Shown one piece after another: positions 45,894-53,159 of a stretch of 64,000 nucleotides of DNA (its first letter is position 1; each line of letters opens with the position of its first letter). The DNA comes from an uncultured virus (IMG/VR IMGVR_UViG_3300020469_000013) (Duplodnaviria > Heunggongvirae > Uroviricota > Caudoviricetes > Kyanoviridae), in IMG/VR virus record IMGVR_UViG_3300020469_000013. One strand, given 5' to 3'. The position numbers were made by a program, and so were the translations under genes. The notes under the pieces are model-generated. The model made no database searches, was not told where the DNA came from, and saw only the letters and a program-made list of their open reading frames with translations.

Positions 45894-46082
45894 ATGGCAT
45901 TAAAGATATGCAAAGACCTTAGAAAGTTGATGAAAAAGTATGACTTTAAACTTGAAAAGGTCGGCAAACATTATACATGGCATGGTGCAAATGGTGCTAT
46001 AATAGTAACATCTAAAACACCAGGAAAAGCACGATATTTAAAAGAAATAGAGTGCAACATCCGAAAATCCCTTAACAACTAA
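45894..46082 (+). CDS. HicA-like small basic protein
   Basis: DLRKLMKKYDFKL...GKHY.W......IVT..TP; HicA-like G(S/K)H motif and size. Confidence 0.5.
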   Translation: MALKICKDLRKLMKKYDFKLEKVGKHYTWHGANGAIIVTSKTPGKARYLKEIECNIRKSLNN

Positions 46083-46095
46083 TCACCTTAATTAC

Positions 46096-46305
46096 ATGAC
46101 TAAAAAGTTATTTAAACCTGCAAATCCTGCTTCTATTGATGATAACGAAGTAGGATATATGACCTACCTTGATTTACTAACAGAGTTGCAATCTATGGAT
46201 GAAGATAAACTTTTAGAGACAGTAACAGTTTATGATACATTGGATGATGTATTTTTACCAGTCGGTAGAATCATATCAAGATTTACAACTTGTTTAGAGG
46301 TGTAG
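46096..46305 (+). CDS. Hypothetical protein
   Basis: MTYLDLL..LQ.M....L...VTVYD...D.F.PV. Confidence 0.65.
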   Translation: MTKKLFKPANPASIDDNEVGYMTYLDLLTELQSMDEDKLLETVTVYDTLDDVFLPVGRIISRFTTCLEV

Positions 46306-46364
46306 TGTGCCAGTTGACAAAGTTGCACACTAGGACTAGAAAATGATCTTGTATGGACTATAAT
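46306..46364 (+). promoter_or_regulatory. Early-type promoter, copy 6
   Basis: TGTGCCAGTT-GACA-AAGTTGCACA, 29 nt, TATAAT. Confidence 0.7.
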
Positions 46365-46392
46365 AGTAGTATACAAACAAAGTTCAGAAATT

Positions 46393-46578
46393 ATGCGAAA
46401 AGGATTAAACATCGAAGTCACATCTTCACAGTACGATTATCTTTATGAAGTGCTAATGGAAGCATACTCAAACGATGTAGCAGAGCAAAAAGATTGGGAT
46501 GTCCAAACATTTGACAATCTAATAGACAATCTATGTCAAGCAAAAGAGACTAACCTCTCAAATTCAGTTAAAGGTTAA
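46393..46578 (+). CDS. Hypothetical protein
   Basis: ORF track; first gene after promoter copy 6. Confidence 0.65.
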   Translation: MRKGLNIEVTSSQYDYLYEVLMEAYSNDVAEQKDWDVQTFDNLIDNLCQAKETNLSNSVKG

Positions 46579-46582
46579 ACTA

Positions 46583-46870
46583 ATGAAATACTACTCACAT
46601 AACCGAATGAAGGAAGTAAACAAAGAGTTTACACCCGAATTAATCAAAGAATTAAAATCTTTCTTTGTTGAGAGACTTGTTGATAATATGTCAACAGAAG
46701 ATTTAGTTGAATATGTAACAACTGATATGGATAAGTATGTTGATACTCAATTTGATGAAGATTTCCTCAATGATGCTATGGATTACTGGGGAGATCATTT
46801 TGATGATGTAGTAGAAGAAATAGAAGAGTATGCAAATTGCGATTTCAAAAAAGACAGGAGAGCAAACTAA
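46583..46870 (+). CDS. Hypothetical acidic protein
   Basis: ORF track; VERLVDNMSTEDLVEYV. Confidence 0.65.
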   Translation: MKYYSHNRMKEVNKEFTPELIKELKSFFVERLVDNMSTEDLVEYVTTDMDKYVDTQFDEDFLNDAMDYWGDHFDDVVEEIEEYANCDFKKDRRAN

Positions 46871-47100
46871 TGAAACCTAATCTATTCGAGCAAATGTTTC
46901 AAACAGTCATTTCAGAACATTTTGGTAGAACATTTTGGTTAGATAAAGAAATGGAGTTATGTTCAGCACCAACTTATACAGATGGTTCAACTGACTGGGA
47001 TACATGGGATTATGTATCAGAGTGGACTGAATTAGATGGTTTAAATCTAGATAGATTATTATCTATTCATAGAGATCTAATTAAGAATTACAATGTGTAA
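46870..47100 (+). CDS. Hypothetical protein
   Basis: ORF track (ATG 46870); SAPTYTDGSTDW..WDYVSEW. Confidence 0.65.
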   Translation: MKPNLFEQMFQTVISEHFGRTFWLDKEMELCSAPTYTDGSTDWDTWDYVSEWTELDGLNLDRLLSIHRDLIKNYNV

Positions 47101-47278
47101 ACAATTTACAAATCACAAAATGATGAAACTAAGACAAAAAACAATCACAGTAGAATTGACATTTGATGAATTATATCAAATGAACAAATTACATGAGACA
47201 ATGTTAGATATGGATATGTTGGATGACCTACCCAATGAAATTGAAGCAGTTTTTGACAAAATTCGTGATGCAAAGTAG
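47093..47278 (+). CDS. Hypothetical protein
   Basis: ORF track. Confidence 0.55.
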   Translation: MCKQFTNHKMMKLRQKTITVELTFDELYQMNKLHETMLDMDMLDDLPNEIEAVFDKIRDAK

Positions 47279-47333
47279 ACAGTTTGCAAAGTGTCCACTA
47301 ATACCACTAAATGCATCTGGTATGGACTACAAT
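47275..47333 (+). promoter_or_regulatory. Early-type promoter, copy 7
   Basis: GTAGACAGTT-TGCA-AAGTGTCCAC, 29 nt, TACAAT. Confidence 0.7.
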
Positions 47334-47358
47334 TAGTATATACAAACGAAATTCTAAA

Positions 47359-47553
47359 ATGAACTACCGAATGACTAAATCTCAAGCAGTTGCATCTTTC
47401 AGAGAAATGTGGGCAGATGTAGTAAAATCTGACCCTATGTGGAGAGGAGACAAAATTGCGAAGAGAACAGCATTCAATGATTTTGTTGATGGTCTTAACA
47501 AAGATGGTATGGTAACAGATTATCAGGCATATAACTGGAGCAACCCATTTTAA
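47359..47553 (+). CDS. Hypothetical protein (single-gene cassette)
   Basis: MTKSQAV..FR..W....GDKIAKR.AFNDFVDGL.KDG.VT..Q...W.NPF. Confidence 0.75.
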   Translation: MNYRMTKSQAVASFREMWADVVKSDPMWRGDKIAKRTAFNDFVDGLNKDGMVTDYQAYNWSNPF

Positions 47554-47610
47554 GGACAGTTCACAAAGTGTCCACTAACACCTGATAAACACCTCATCAT
47601 CCTTTATAAT
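47552..47610 (+). promoter_or_regulatory. Early-type promoter, copy 8
   Basis: AAGGACAGTT-CACA-AAGTGTCCAC, 29 nt, TATAAT. Confidence 0.75.
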
Positions 47611-47638
47611 AGTAGTATACAAACGAAATTCAGAAATT

Positions 47639-47881
47639 ATGAACTCAAAAGCAACTTACATCGAACCAGTAAACCGAATCAAGCAGAGAATTCTGTTTGA
47701 TGACAATCTTTCAAATGTTGCATGCTTATGTGCCAATTGGGAAGAGTATGTCATCGAGATCTCAGAGTGGGGCATCTACAAGTTAGGAGGAGTTGATTTT
47801 GATACTCTAACTCAAGATGATATTTCAAAACTTGATGCTTTCATGGTTTCAGAAAATGGTTACATCAGAGAGGAAGTTTAA
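47639..47881 (+). CDS. Hypothetical protein
   Basis: ORF track. Confidence 0.65.
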   Translation: MNSKATYIEPVNRIKQRILFDDNLSNVACLCANWEEYVIEISEWGIYKLGGVDFDTLTQDDISKLDAFMVSENGYIREEV

Positions 47882-48076
47882 ATGAAAACATTTACTAGAA
47901 AAGAATACAACTTAGTTGCAAATGCTCTTCAAAACTATAATCTGTATATGTCAGATAGTGAGAAGAAGATCGCTGAAATAATACAAGATAAATTATATTA
48001 TTTCAATGTAGATAAGGAAGTTGATGCTTTATCATCATCAATTGATAATGAAATCAAATCACTTAATTTTAGATAA
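47882..48076 (+). CDS. Hypothetical protein
   Basis: ORF track. Confidence 0.6.
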   Translation: MKTFTRKEYNLVANALQNYNLYMSDSEKKIAEIIQDKLYYFNVDKEVDALSSSIDNEIKSLNFR

Positions 48077-48258
48077 TGAGCAACATACATAACGAGACAA
48101 TCCTAGAAAACCTATATGATGAAGTATGGGAAGAATATAGGATTAAAAATAATCTAACTAATGATCAACTTTATACATTAGAACAAAATACAGATACAGG
48201 AACTATTGTTGAAATAGTAATAGAAACTACTAGAAGATTCGATGCTATGTGTCAATAA
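48076..48258 (+). CDS. Hypothetical protein
   Basis: MS..HNE.ILENLYDEV...RF..MCQ. Confidence 0.65.
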   Translation: MSNIHNETILENLYDEVWEEYRIKNNLTNDQLYTLEQNTDTGTIVEIVIETTRRFDAMCQ

Positions 48259-48474
48259 CTGTTCTCTCACTAATTAACAATGTGGCATTCTAATTAGACA
48301 CACAATGTGTTAGGATGATGTAAGACCACTAATTAACACTAACTGTTTTTTACTAATTAACAACAATGACTCTACAATCTGTACCATTTGTTAACATTGA
48401 CCTTGACGCAGTTTTCGAGGATGCAAAAACTGGAAATGACATTCTAGCGGTATTATCTGAATTAGTGGGCGAAT

Positions 48475-48534
48475 AAAACCACTTCACAAACTGGCACACT
48501 AACCCCCCTTTGGGGGTTTTTTATTGGTTATAAT
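48475..48534 (+). promoter_or_regulatory. Early-type promoter, copy 9, with embedded terminator
   Basis: AAAACCACTT-CACA-AACTGGCACA, 30 nt, TATAAT; AACCCCC-CTTT-GGGGGTT-TTTT hairpin in spacer. Confidence 0.65.
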
Positions 48535-48560
48535 AGATGTATACCAAACAAAGAGACCTT

Positions 48561-48878
48561 ATGCGAATCATCGAAAAGAACATGAATCAGGCAATCAGAA
48601 ACAACTCTGACTTCAGATCTTCAAATACCGAGGTAGTGAACATCAGGGGCAACTCATTTGTTTATTTACATGGCAATCACATTGCAACCGTATCAAACAA
48701 TTCAATTCAAATCTTCGATGGCGGTTGGCAGTCAAACACCACTAAATCTAGACTCAATGCACTATTAGATGAATTTTCATATGGCATGAGAGTTTTTCAA
48801 AAGCAATTTGAGTGGTTCGTATCTTACAAAAATGTCAGCGAAGATTTCGTATCTGGCATGGAACTAGCAATAGATTAA
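48561..48878 (+). CDS. Conserved phage hypothetical protein
   Basis: MR.IE..MN.AI, VYLHGNHIA, DGGWQSNTTKSRLNAL, VFQK.FEWFV. Confidence 0.8.
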   Translation: MRIIEKNMNQAIRNNSDFRSSNTEVVNIRGNSFVYLHGNHIATVSNNSIQIFDGGWQSNTTKSRLNALLDEFSYGMRVFQKQFEWFVSYKNVSEDFVSGMELAID

Positions 48879-48932
48879 TGAAAACATCCGCTTATTTCTT
48901 TCTTTCAATCGTCCTTTATCATTCTTTAAATT

Positions 48933-49190
48933 ATGTCAGCATACAACAGTTTATTTAATTTCGTAGATTATGTGTGGTCATTCTATGGCAATGAAGATCC
49001 ACTTTACCCAATCGAGGGGTTAACTAAGAAGCACATTTTTGATGCTATCTTTATATACAGAGACAAATTAGTCAAAGCAGAGACCGAGGGCAATGACAGA
49101 TATACATGGGGTGATGGTGATTCACTAGACAGAGAGAGAGTAAGAGATATTATACTGGATGAGTTTAACTTAACTAGTGGGTGGGTGTAA
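48933..49190 (+). CDS. Hypothetical protein
   Basis: FVDYVWSFYG...LYPI...GDSLDRERVRDI. Confidence 0.75.
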   Translation: MSAYNSLFNFVDYVWSFYGNEDPLYPIEGLTKKHIFDAIFIYRDKLVKAETEGNDRYTWGDGDSLDRERVRDIILDEFNLTSGWV

Positions 49191-49193
49191 CAA

Positions 49194-49364
49194 ATGCCAC
49201 TAAATCGTAAAATCTTTGATAGAATAGCAACAGAGCGAGGACTACCAAAGATGAGATCAGAGAGTGTAAATCCATCCCTTACACTTTATAAGGACAAAAT
49301 GTTATCTTACGATAACGATTTCTATTCACAAATTATTACTTATCAGGAGAACTTCTACCTATGA
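49194..49364 (+). CDS. Small hypothetical protein (56 aa)
   Basis: Hand-found ATG 49194 to TGA overlapping next start. Confidence 0.5.
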   Translation: MPLNRKIFDRIATERGLPKMRSESVNPSLTLYKDKMLSYDNDFYSQIITYQENFYL

Positions 49365-49621
49365 AAAACAAAAAAGAACCACAATTACCTGACTTCATTA
49401 ACAAGAAACACACATCACAATTAGAAAAAGATATTGCTTACTGCATAGACTTTCTCGAACTAAGTAACAATCAGATAGGTGAAATGCTTAGAGCATGTGA
49501 AGATTTAGGTATGATATCTGTTCAATACTTTTGTGAAGAATTCATATTTATGAGTGAACCAGATGAGTTAGAACGGTATCATGATAGTAACTATCTACAA
49601 ATAAGATGGGGGTTAAAGTAA
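49361..49621 (+). CDS. Hypothetical protein
   Basis: ORF track; SVQYFCEEF. Confidence 0.65.
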   Translation: MKNKKEPQLPDFINKKHTSQLEKDIAYCIDFLELSNNQIGEMLRACEDLGMISVQYFCEEFIFMSEPDELERYHDSNYLQIRWGLK

Positions 49622-49932
49622 TGCCGAGGAAGACTAAATTGTCTATGGATAAGTTATCATCAGGGATAGCATATTTCACAGGGGTTAGTGCTACTTTAGT
49701 GGTCGTATTTGCTGACAGTTATAATAACTATTCAGTTGTTAATTTTCTCACTAAATATCAAGATGAGTTGGGAATCGCCCTAAAAAATGATACATATCAA
49801 GAAGACTTGGATGGTTGGTTGTTATCAGTAGAAGCAAGTTCATCAAAGGATATTGATAGAATATGTGCTATAATAGAGGAGGATATAGACATTGACGAGT
49901 GCTATGTTCAATCACTAACTAACAACAATTAA
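49621..49932 (+). CDS. Hypothetical protein
   Basis: ORF track (ATG 49621). Confidence 0.55.
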   Translation: MPRKTKLSMDKLSSGIAYFTGVSATLVVVFADSYNNYSVVNFLTKYQDELGIALKNDTYQEDLDGWLLSVEASSSKDIDRICAIIEEDIDIDECYVQSLTNNN

Positions 49933-49940
49933 ATATTAAT

Positions 49941-50144
49941 ATGATACACAATGTACAACTTAGTCATGAACAGTTAAGTTTACTTAGGGTGTTTATTATG
50001 AACTATCGAGTAAAGTGGGCAAAAAATAATACATCCCTTCCTTTACATATAGTAGACTTATTAGACAGTACTGATTATCAATTAAGATGCACAAATTCAC
50101 CAAAGGAAACTATGTACAATTCCCCGACAATATGCGAGGAATAG
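49941..50144 (+). CDS. Hypothetical protein
   Basis: ORF track. Confidence 0.5.
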   Translation: MIHNVQLSHEQLSLLRVFIMNYRVKWAKNNTSLPLHIVDLLDSTDYQLRCTNSPKETMYNSPTICEE

Positions 50145-50326
50145 TAGATTTTGTTGATGATACTTACATAACAGTTTGTGTTAGTGTAAAGAAAAATGTG
50201 TGTGGTCATTCTTTACAACCAATGAGTAAATGTTGCCTGTTAGTGTATCCCAGAGAACAAGAACAGTTAGTGTTAATTAGAGAGACAAGTACCCTCGCAG
50301 ACATATACAAACCTAATACAGATTAA
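50087..50326 (+). CDS. Hypothetical protein
   Basis: G.VDFV...YITVCV....CCLLVYP. Confidence 0.6.
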   Translation: MHKFTKGNYVQFPDNMRGIVDFVDDTYITVCVSVKKNVCGHSLQPMSKCCLLVYPREQEQLVLIRETSTLADIYKPNTD

Positions 50327-50589
50327 CACCTCTCTGAGTGTCATTTAGAGGGGTTACATAGGGGTTAGTAAGTATACACGGAAAGTTATTAAATACCTTT
50401 TTAAATATACCTGTGTGTTTTATCTTTCTCTCAATATATGTTAATAACTGTGTGTTCACTAAGTGTTATTTAAGACCTATTAATAGTGCGGAGTTGTTGT
50501 TAGGTAAGCGAGTGTACTATGGATGGAACAAAATGTCAACTATCAGGTCACAATATGCTCACAGTTCTTATTAATTAACAGAGGAACAT

Positions 50590-50618
50590 TTGACAACTGC
50601 CTGATACTTTGCTATAAT
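50590..50618 (+). promoter_or_regulatory. Consensus sigma70 promoter
   Basis: TTGACA, 17 nt, TATAAT. Confidence 0.8.
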
Positions 50619-50649
50619 ACAGTTATTAACACTGAAGGACTGCAATCAC

Positions 50650-50787
50650 ATGGCAGGTTATTACTTTGAGCATGAAGATTACCAGGCAGAAACTAACAAC
50701 AACTCAGAGTATAATGATGACCTTGATTATTACCCACGGACAGGCTATTATGAGACACTAAGTAATAACTACTATTGTAATTACTGA
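50650..50787 (+). CDS. Small Tyr/Asn/acidic peptide (45 aa)
   Basis: Hand translation MAGYYFEHEDYQAETNNNSEYNDDLDYYPRTGYYETLSNNYYCNY after a strong promoter. Confidence 0.45.
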   Translation: MAGYYFEHEDYQAETNNNSEYNDDLDYYPRTGYYETLSNNYYCNY

Positions 50788-50961
50788 CACTAAGTAACAT
50801 CGAAAATCACAGTTGTTTCGTTGTTATATGTTATCGTGCCCCCTTGTGATGCGTTTAAATCGAAGGAACCTTTGTAAGCTATAAACGACCCAGATCGACC
50901 TTGCTATATCTCTCTATAAAAAAATAATCCAATATATAAAAGCGAACCACAGGATTCGTTA

Positions 50962-51123
50962 GTGAAAAAAAATATTGAAAAAATAAAAATCGCCATAAGG
51001 TATGACCATGCAGAGGATAAGTTGGTATTAGATCTGCCTGAGAGCGTATGCAACCAGTTTGATTGGTATGAGGATGGGGAAATAACTATGACTGTAGAAA
51101 GTGACGGAGTGTTTCTAGATTAA
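50962..51123 (+). CDS. AbrB/MazE-like small DNA-binding protein (tentative)
   Basis: Hand translation ...KLVLDLPESVCNQFDWYEDGEITMTVESDGVFLD; swapped-hairpin-like pattern. Confidence 0.5.
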   Translation: MKKNIEKIKIAIRYDHAEDKLVLDLPESVCNQFDWYEDGEITMTVESDGVFLD

Positions 51124-51134
51124 AACAAGAGTCG

Positions 51135-51163
51135 TTGACTGTGACTATATAATCTGTTATAAT
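51135..51163 (+). promoter_or_regulatory. Sigma70 promoter
   Basis: TTGACT, 17 nt, TATAAT. Confidence 0.75.
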
Positions 51164-51184
51164 ATATGAAGTACATTATTCATT

Positions 51185-51940
51185 ATGGCTAAAGGATTTA
51201 CTGTAAAGGCGAAAACACCAAAGAAAACTGCCGAACCCGAATGGGACTACGACAAGGCATGGGAGATGTTAAAAGGAAAGGCAATAGTATTCTGTATGCC
51301 TGGTAGAGGATGTTCATTCCAGTTCTTGAAGAGTTTCGTTCAACTCTGCTTTGACTTAGTACAGCATGGGGCGAGTATTCAAATATCTCAAGACTATTCT
51401 AGTATGGTTAACTTTGCTAGATGTAAGTGTCTTGGGGCAAATGTCTTAAGAGGACCAGACCAGATTCCTTGGGATGGTAAGTTAAACTACGACTACCAAC
51501 TATGGATTGATAGTGATATCGTCTACGGAACTGAGAAGTTCTTACAACTTGTTCTTATGGACAAAGATATTGCTGCTGGTTGGTATATGACTGAAGATGG
51601 TCGTACTACTAGTGTTGCTCATTGGTTAGATGAGGGCGACTTCCGTAACAATGGTGGAGTCATGAATCACGAAACAGGTGAGACAATGACTAAGAGAAAG
51701 AAACCATTCACTGTAGACTATACAGGTTTCGGATGGACACTGATTAAGAAAGGAGTATTTGAGAACGAAGGCATTAAGTATCCTTGGTTTGCTCCTAAGA
51801 TGCAAGTCTTTGAATCAGGCGATGTTCAAGATATGTGTGGAGAAGATGTGAGTTTCTGTCTCGATGCTATAGAAGCAGGGTTCGAGATATGGTGCGATCC
51901 TCGTGTGAGAGTAGGTCACGAGAAGATGAGAGTTATCTAA
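51185..51940 (+). CDS. Glycosyltransferase-A-fold conserved cyanophage protein
   Basis: WIDSDI (DxD), VDYTGFG..LIKKGVFE, GEDVSFC, W.DP.V.VGHEK. Confidence 0.75.
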   Translation: MAKGFTVKAKTPKKTAEPEWDYDKAWEMLKGKAIVFCMPGRGCSFQFLKSFVQLCFDLVQHGASIQISQDYSSMVNFARCKCLGANVLRGPDQIPWDGKLNYDYQLWIDSDIVYGTEKFLQLVLMDKDIAAGWYMTEDGRTTSVAHWLDEGDFRNNGGVMNHETGETMTKRKKPFTVDYTGFGWTLIKKGVFENEGIKYPWFAPKMQVFESGDVQDMCGEDVSFCLDAIEAGFEIWCDPRVRVGHEKMRVI

Positions 51941-52107
51941 TGCCAAAGACAGTTTACACAATCTATATCGGTGGAGTTGAGAAGCACACCGATATAAGTG
52001 AGACTGACTTTCTGGATCTGATGAGCGACTATGCTCAATCTTTCTATGAGATTTCCTACCCAGATCCATCAACAATATCACATACTATGAAAGAAATTAA
52101 TGGCTAA
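51940..52107 (+). CDS. Hypothetical protein
   Basis: ATG 51940 overlapping upstream stop; F.DLM.DYAQ.FYE...PDPS.I. Confidence 0.6.
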   Translation: MPKTVYTIYIGGVEKHTDISETDFLDLMSDYAQSFYEISYPDPSTISHTMKEING

Positions 52108-52246
52108 AGTATTCACAAACTTATCAGGTGGCAGTTGGATTGAAAAGACACCCAAAAAGACTCGACAAGGACAAGGTAAGCACTCCAAATTTTCTAGCAC
52201 CGCCCGAAACGCTGCTCGTAAGGCATACAGGGGGCAAGGCAAATGA
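52100..52246 (+). CDS. Small basic conserved cyanophage protein (48 aa)
   Basis: Hand translation MAKVFTNLSGGSWIEKTPKKTRQGQGKHSKFSSTARNAARKAYRGQGK. Confidence 0.75.
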   Translation: MAKVFTNLSGGSWIEKTPKKTRQGQGKHSKFSSTARNAARKAYRGQGK

Positions 52247-52425
52247 ATGTAGTCGAAGCATGGAACAACATCTCTTGGGCAGAAGCAGTTCCTTTCCTGT
52301 TAGTATTAGCAGGAGTATACTGGGTAAAGGTAAAGATCGATACTAGAGCAGGTCTTGGTAAAAAGAAACTAAGGCAACTTAAGAGTGTCATTAAAGAAGC
52401 AATCATTGAGGCAAACAATGACTGA
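52243..52425 (+). CDS. Small membrane protein
   Basis: ORF track; single TM helix. Confidence 0.65.
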   Translation: MNVVEAWNNISWAEAVPFLLVLAGVYWVKVKIDTRAGLGKKKLRQLKSVIKEAIIEANND

Positions 52426-52702
52426 GAAAAGAAATCATCTACACCTAGTGAGTGATGATACTGAATATAAGGACTATGCGTTATCTGTATTGGATGACGC
52501 AATTTATGATGCTATCATTTCAGACGCAGATGAGTATGACATATACAACTGTATAATGAATGCTATTAGAAGTAGAGGTTCACATCACCAATTAGCAGCA
52601 GATAGATGTAAGAAGTTGTCAGATTTATTAGAAGGAGAGATAACAAAAGATAATAATTTTAACGAACCTGACCCTGCTTATAATCCTAAGGAGTGGGATT
52701 AA
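52418..52702 (+). CDS. Hypothetical protein
   Basis: ORF track (ATG 52418). Confidence 0.6.
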   Translation: MTEKRNHLHLVSDDTEYKDYALSVLDDAIYDAIISDADEYDIYNCIMNAIRSRGSHHQLAADRCKKLSDLLEGEITKDNNFNEPDPAYNPKEWD

Positions 52703-52724
52703 ATCTATATCTTACGGAAACTGG

Positions 52725-52732
52725 TATAAATA
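52725..52732 (+). promoter_or_regulatory. T4-type late promoter for gp25-gp6-gp7
   Basis: TATAAATA 23 nt before gp25. Confidence 0.75.
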
Positions 52733-52755
52733 ATCGAGATACCTAGAGCCGCTGT

Positions 52756-53154
52756 ATGGCTGAATCTAATTCCAAGGCATTTAAAGATATAGATCTTTCT
52801 TTTTCGCCCCACCCTGTTTCTGGAGATGTACGAGTCCTTAAAAATGAGGATGCGATCAAGAGAGCTGTAAGGAATTTAATCCAGACTATAGGTGGCGAAA
52901 GACCTTTTCAGTCTAATCTTGGTACAGATGTGACTAGATCTTTATTTGATTTTGTTGATTATGGTACAGCAAGTGTCATAACTCAGCAAATTTTTGATGT
53001 TTTAAAGGGGTTCGAGGGTCGTATTGCAAATACTGCAGTGAGAGTGGAACCCAAACCCAACGATAATACATTTGAAGTATTTGTTGCTTATGATATTGTA
53101 GGACAGGACTTCCCAAGTCAAGAATTTGACTTCATGTTGGAATCATCTAGGTAA
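52756..53154 (+). CDS. gp25: Baseplate wedge subunit gp25
   Basis: FKDIDLSF..HPV..D...LKNEDAIKRAVRNL..T..GERPF. Confidence 0.92.
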   Translation: MAESNSKAFKDIDLSFSPHPVSGDVRVLKNEDAIKRAVRNLIQTIGGERPFQSNLGTDVTRSLFDFVDYGTASVITQQIFDVLKGFEGRIANTAVRVEPKPNDNTFEVFVAYDIVGQDFPSQEFDFMLESSR

Positions 53155-53159
53155 TAGGA

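Noticed and set aside
36548..48534. CRISPR array or integron attC interpretation of the repeated palindrome
   Set aside because: Spacing is irregular (hundreds to thousands of bp), repeats are degenerate, there is no cas or integrase gene, and the fixed distance to -10 boxes fits promoters
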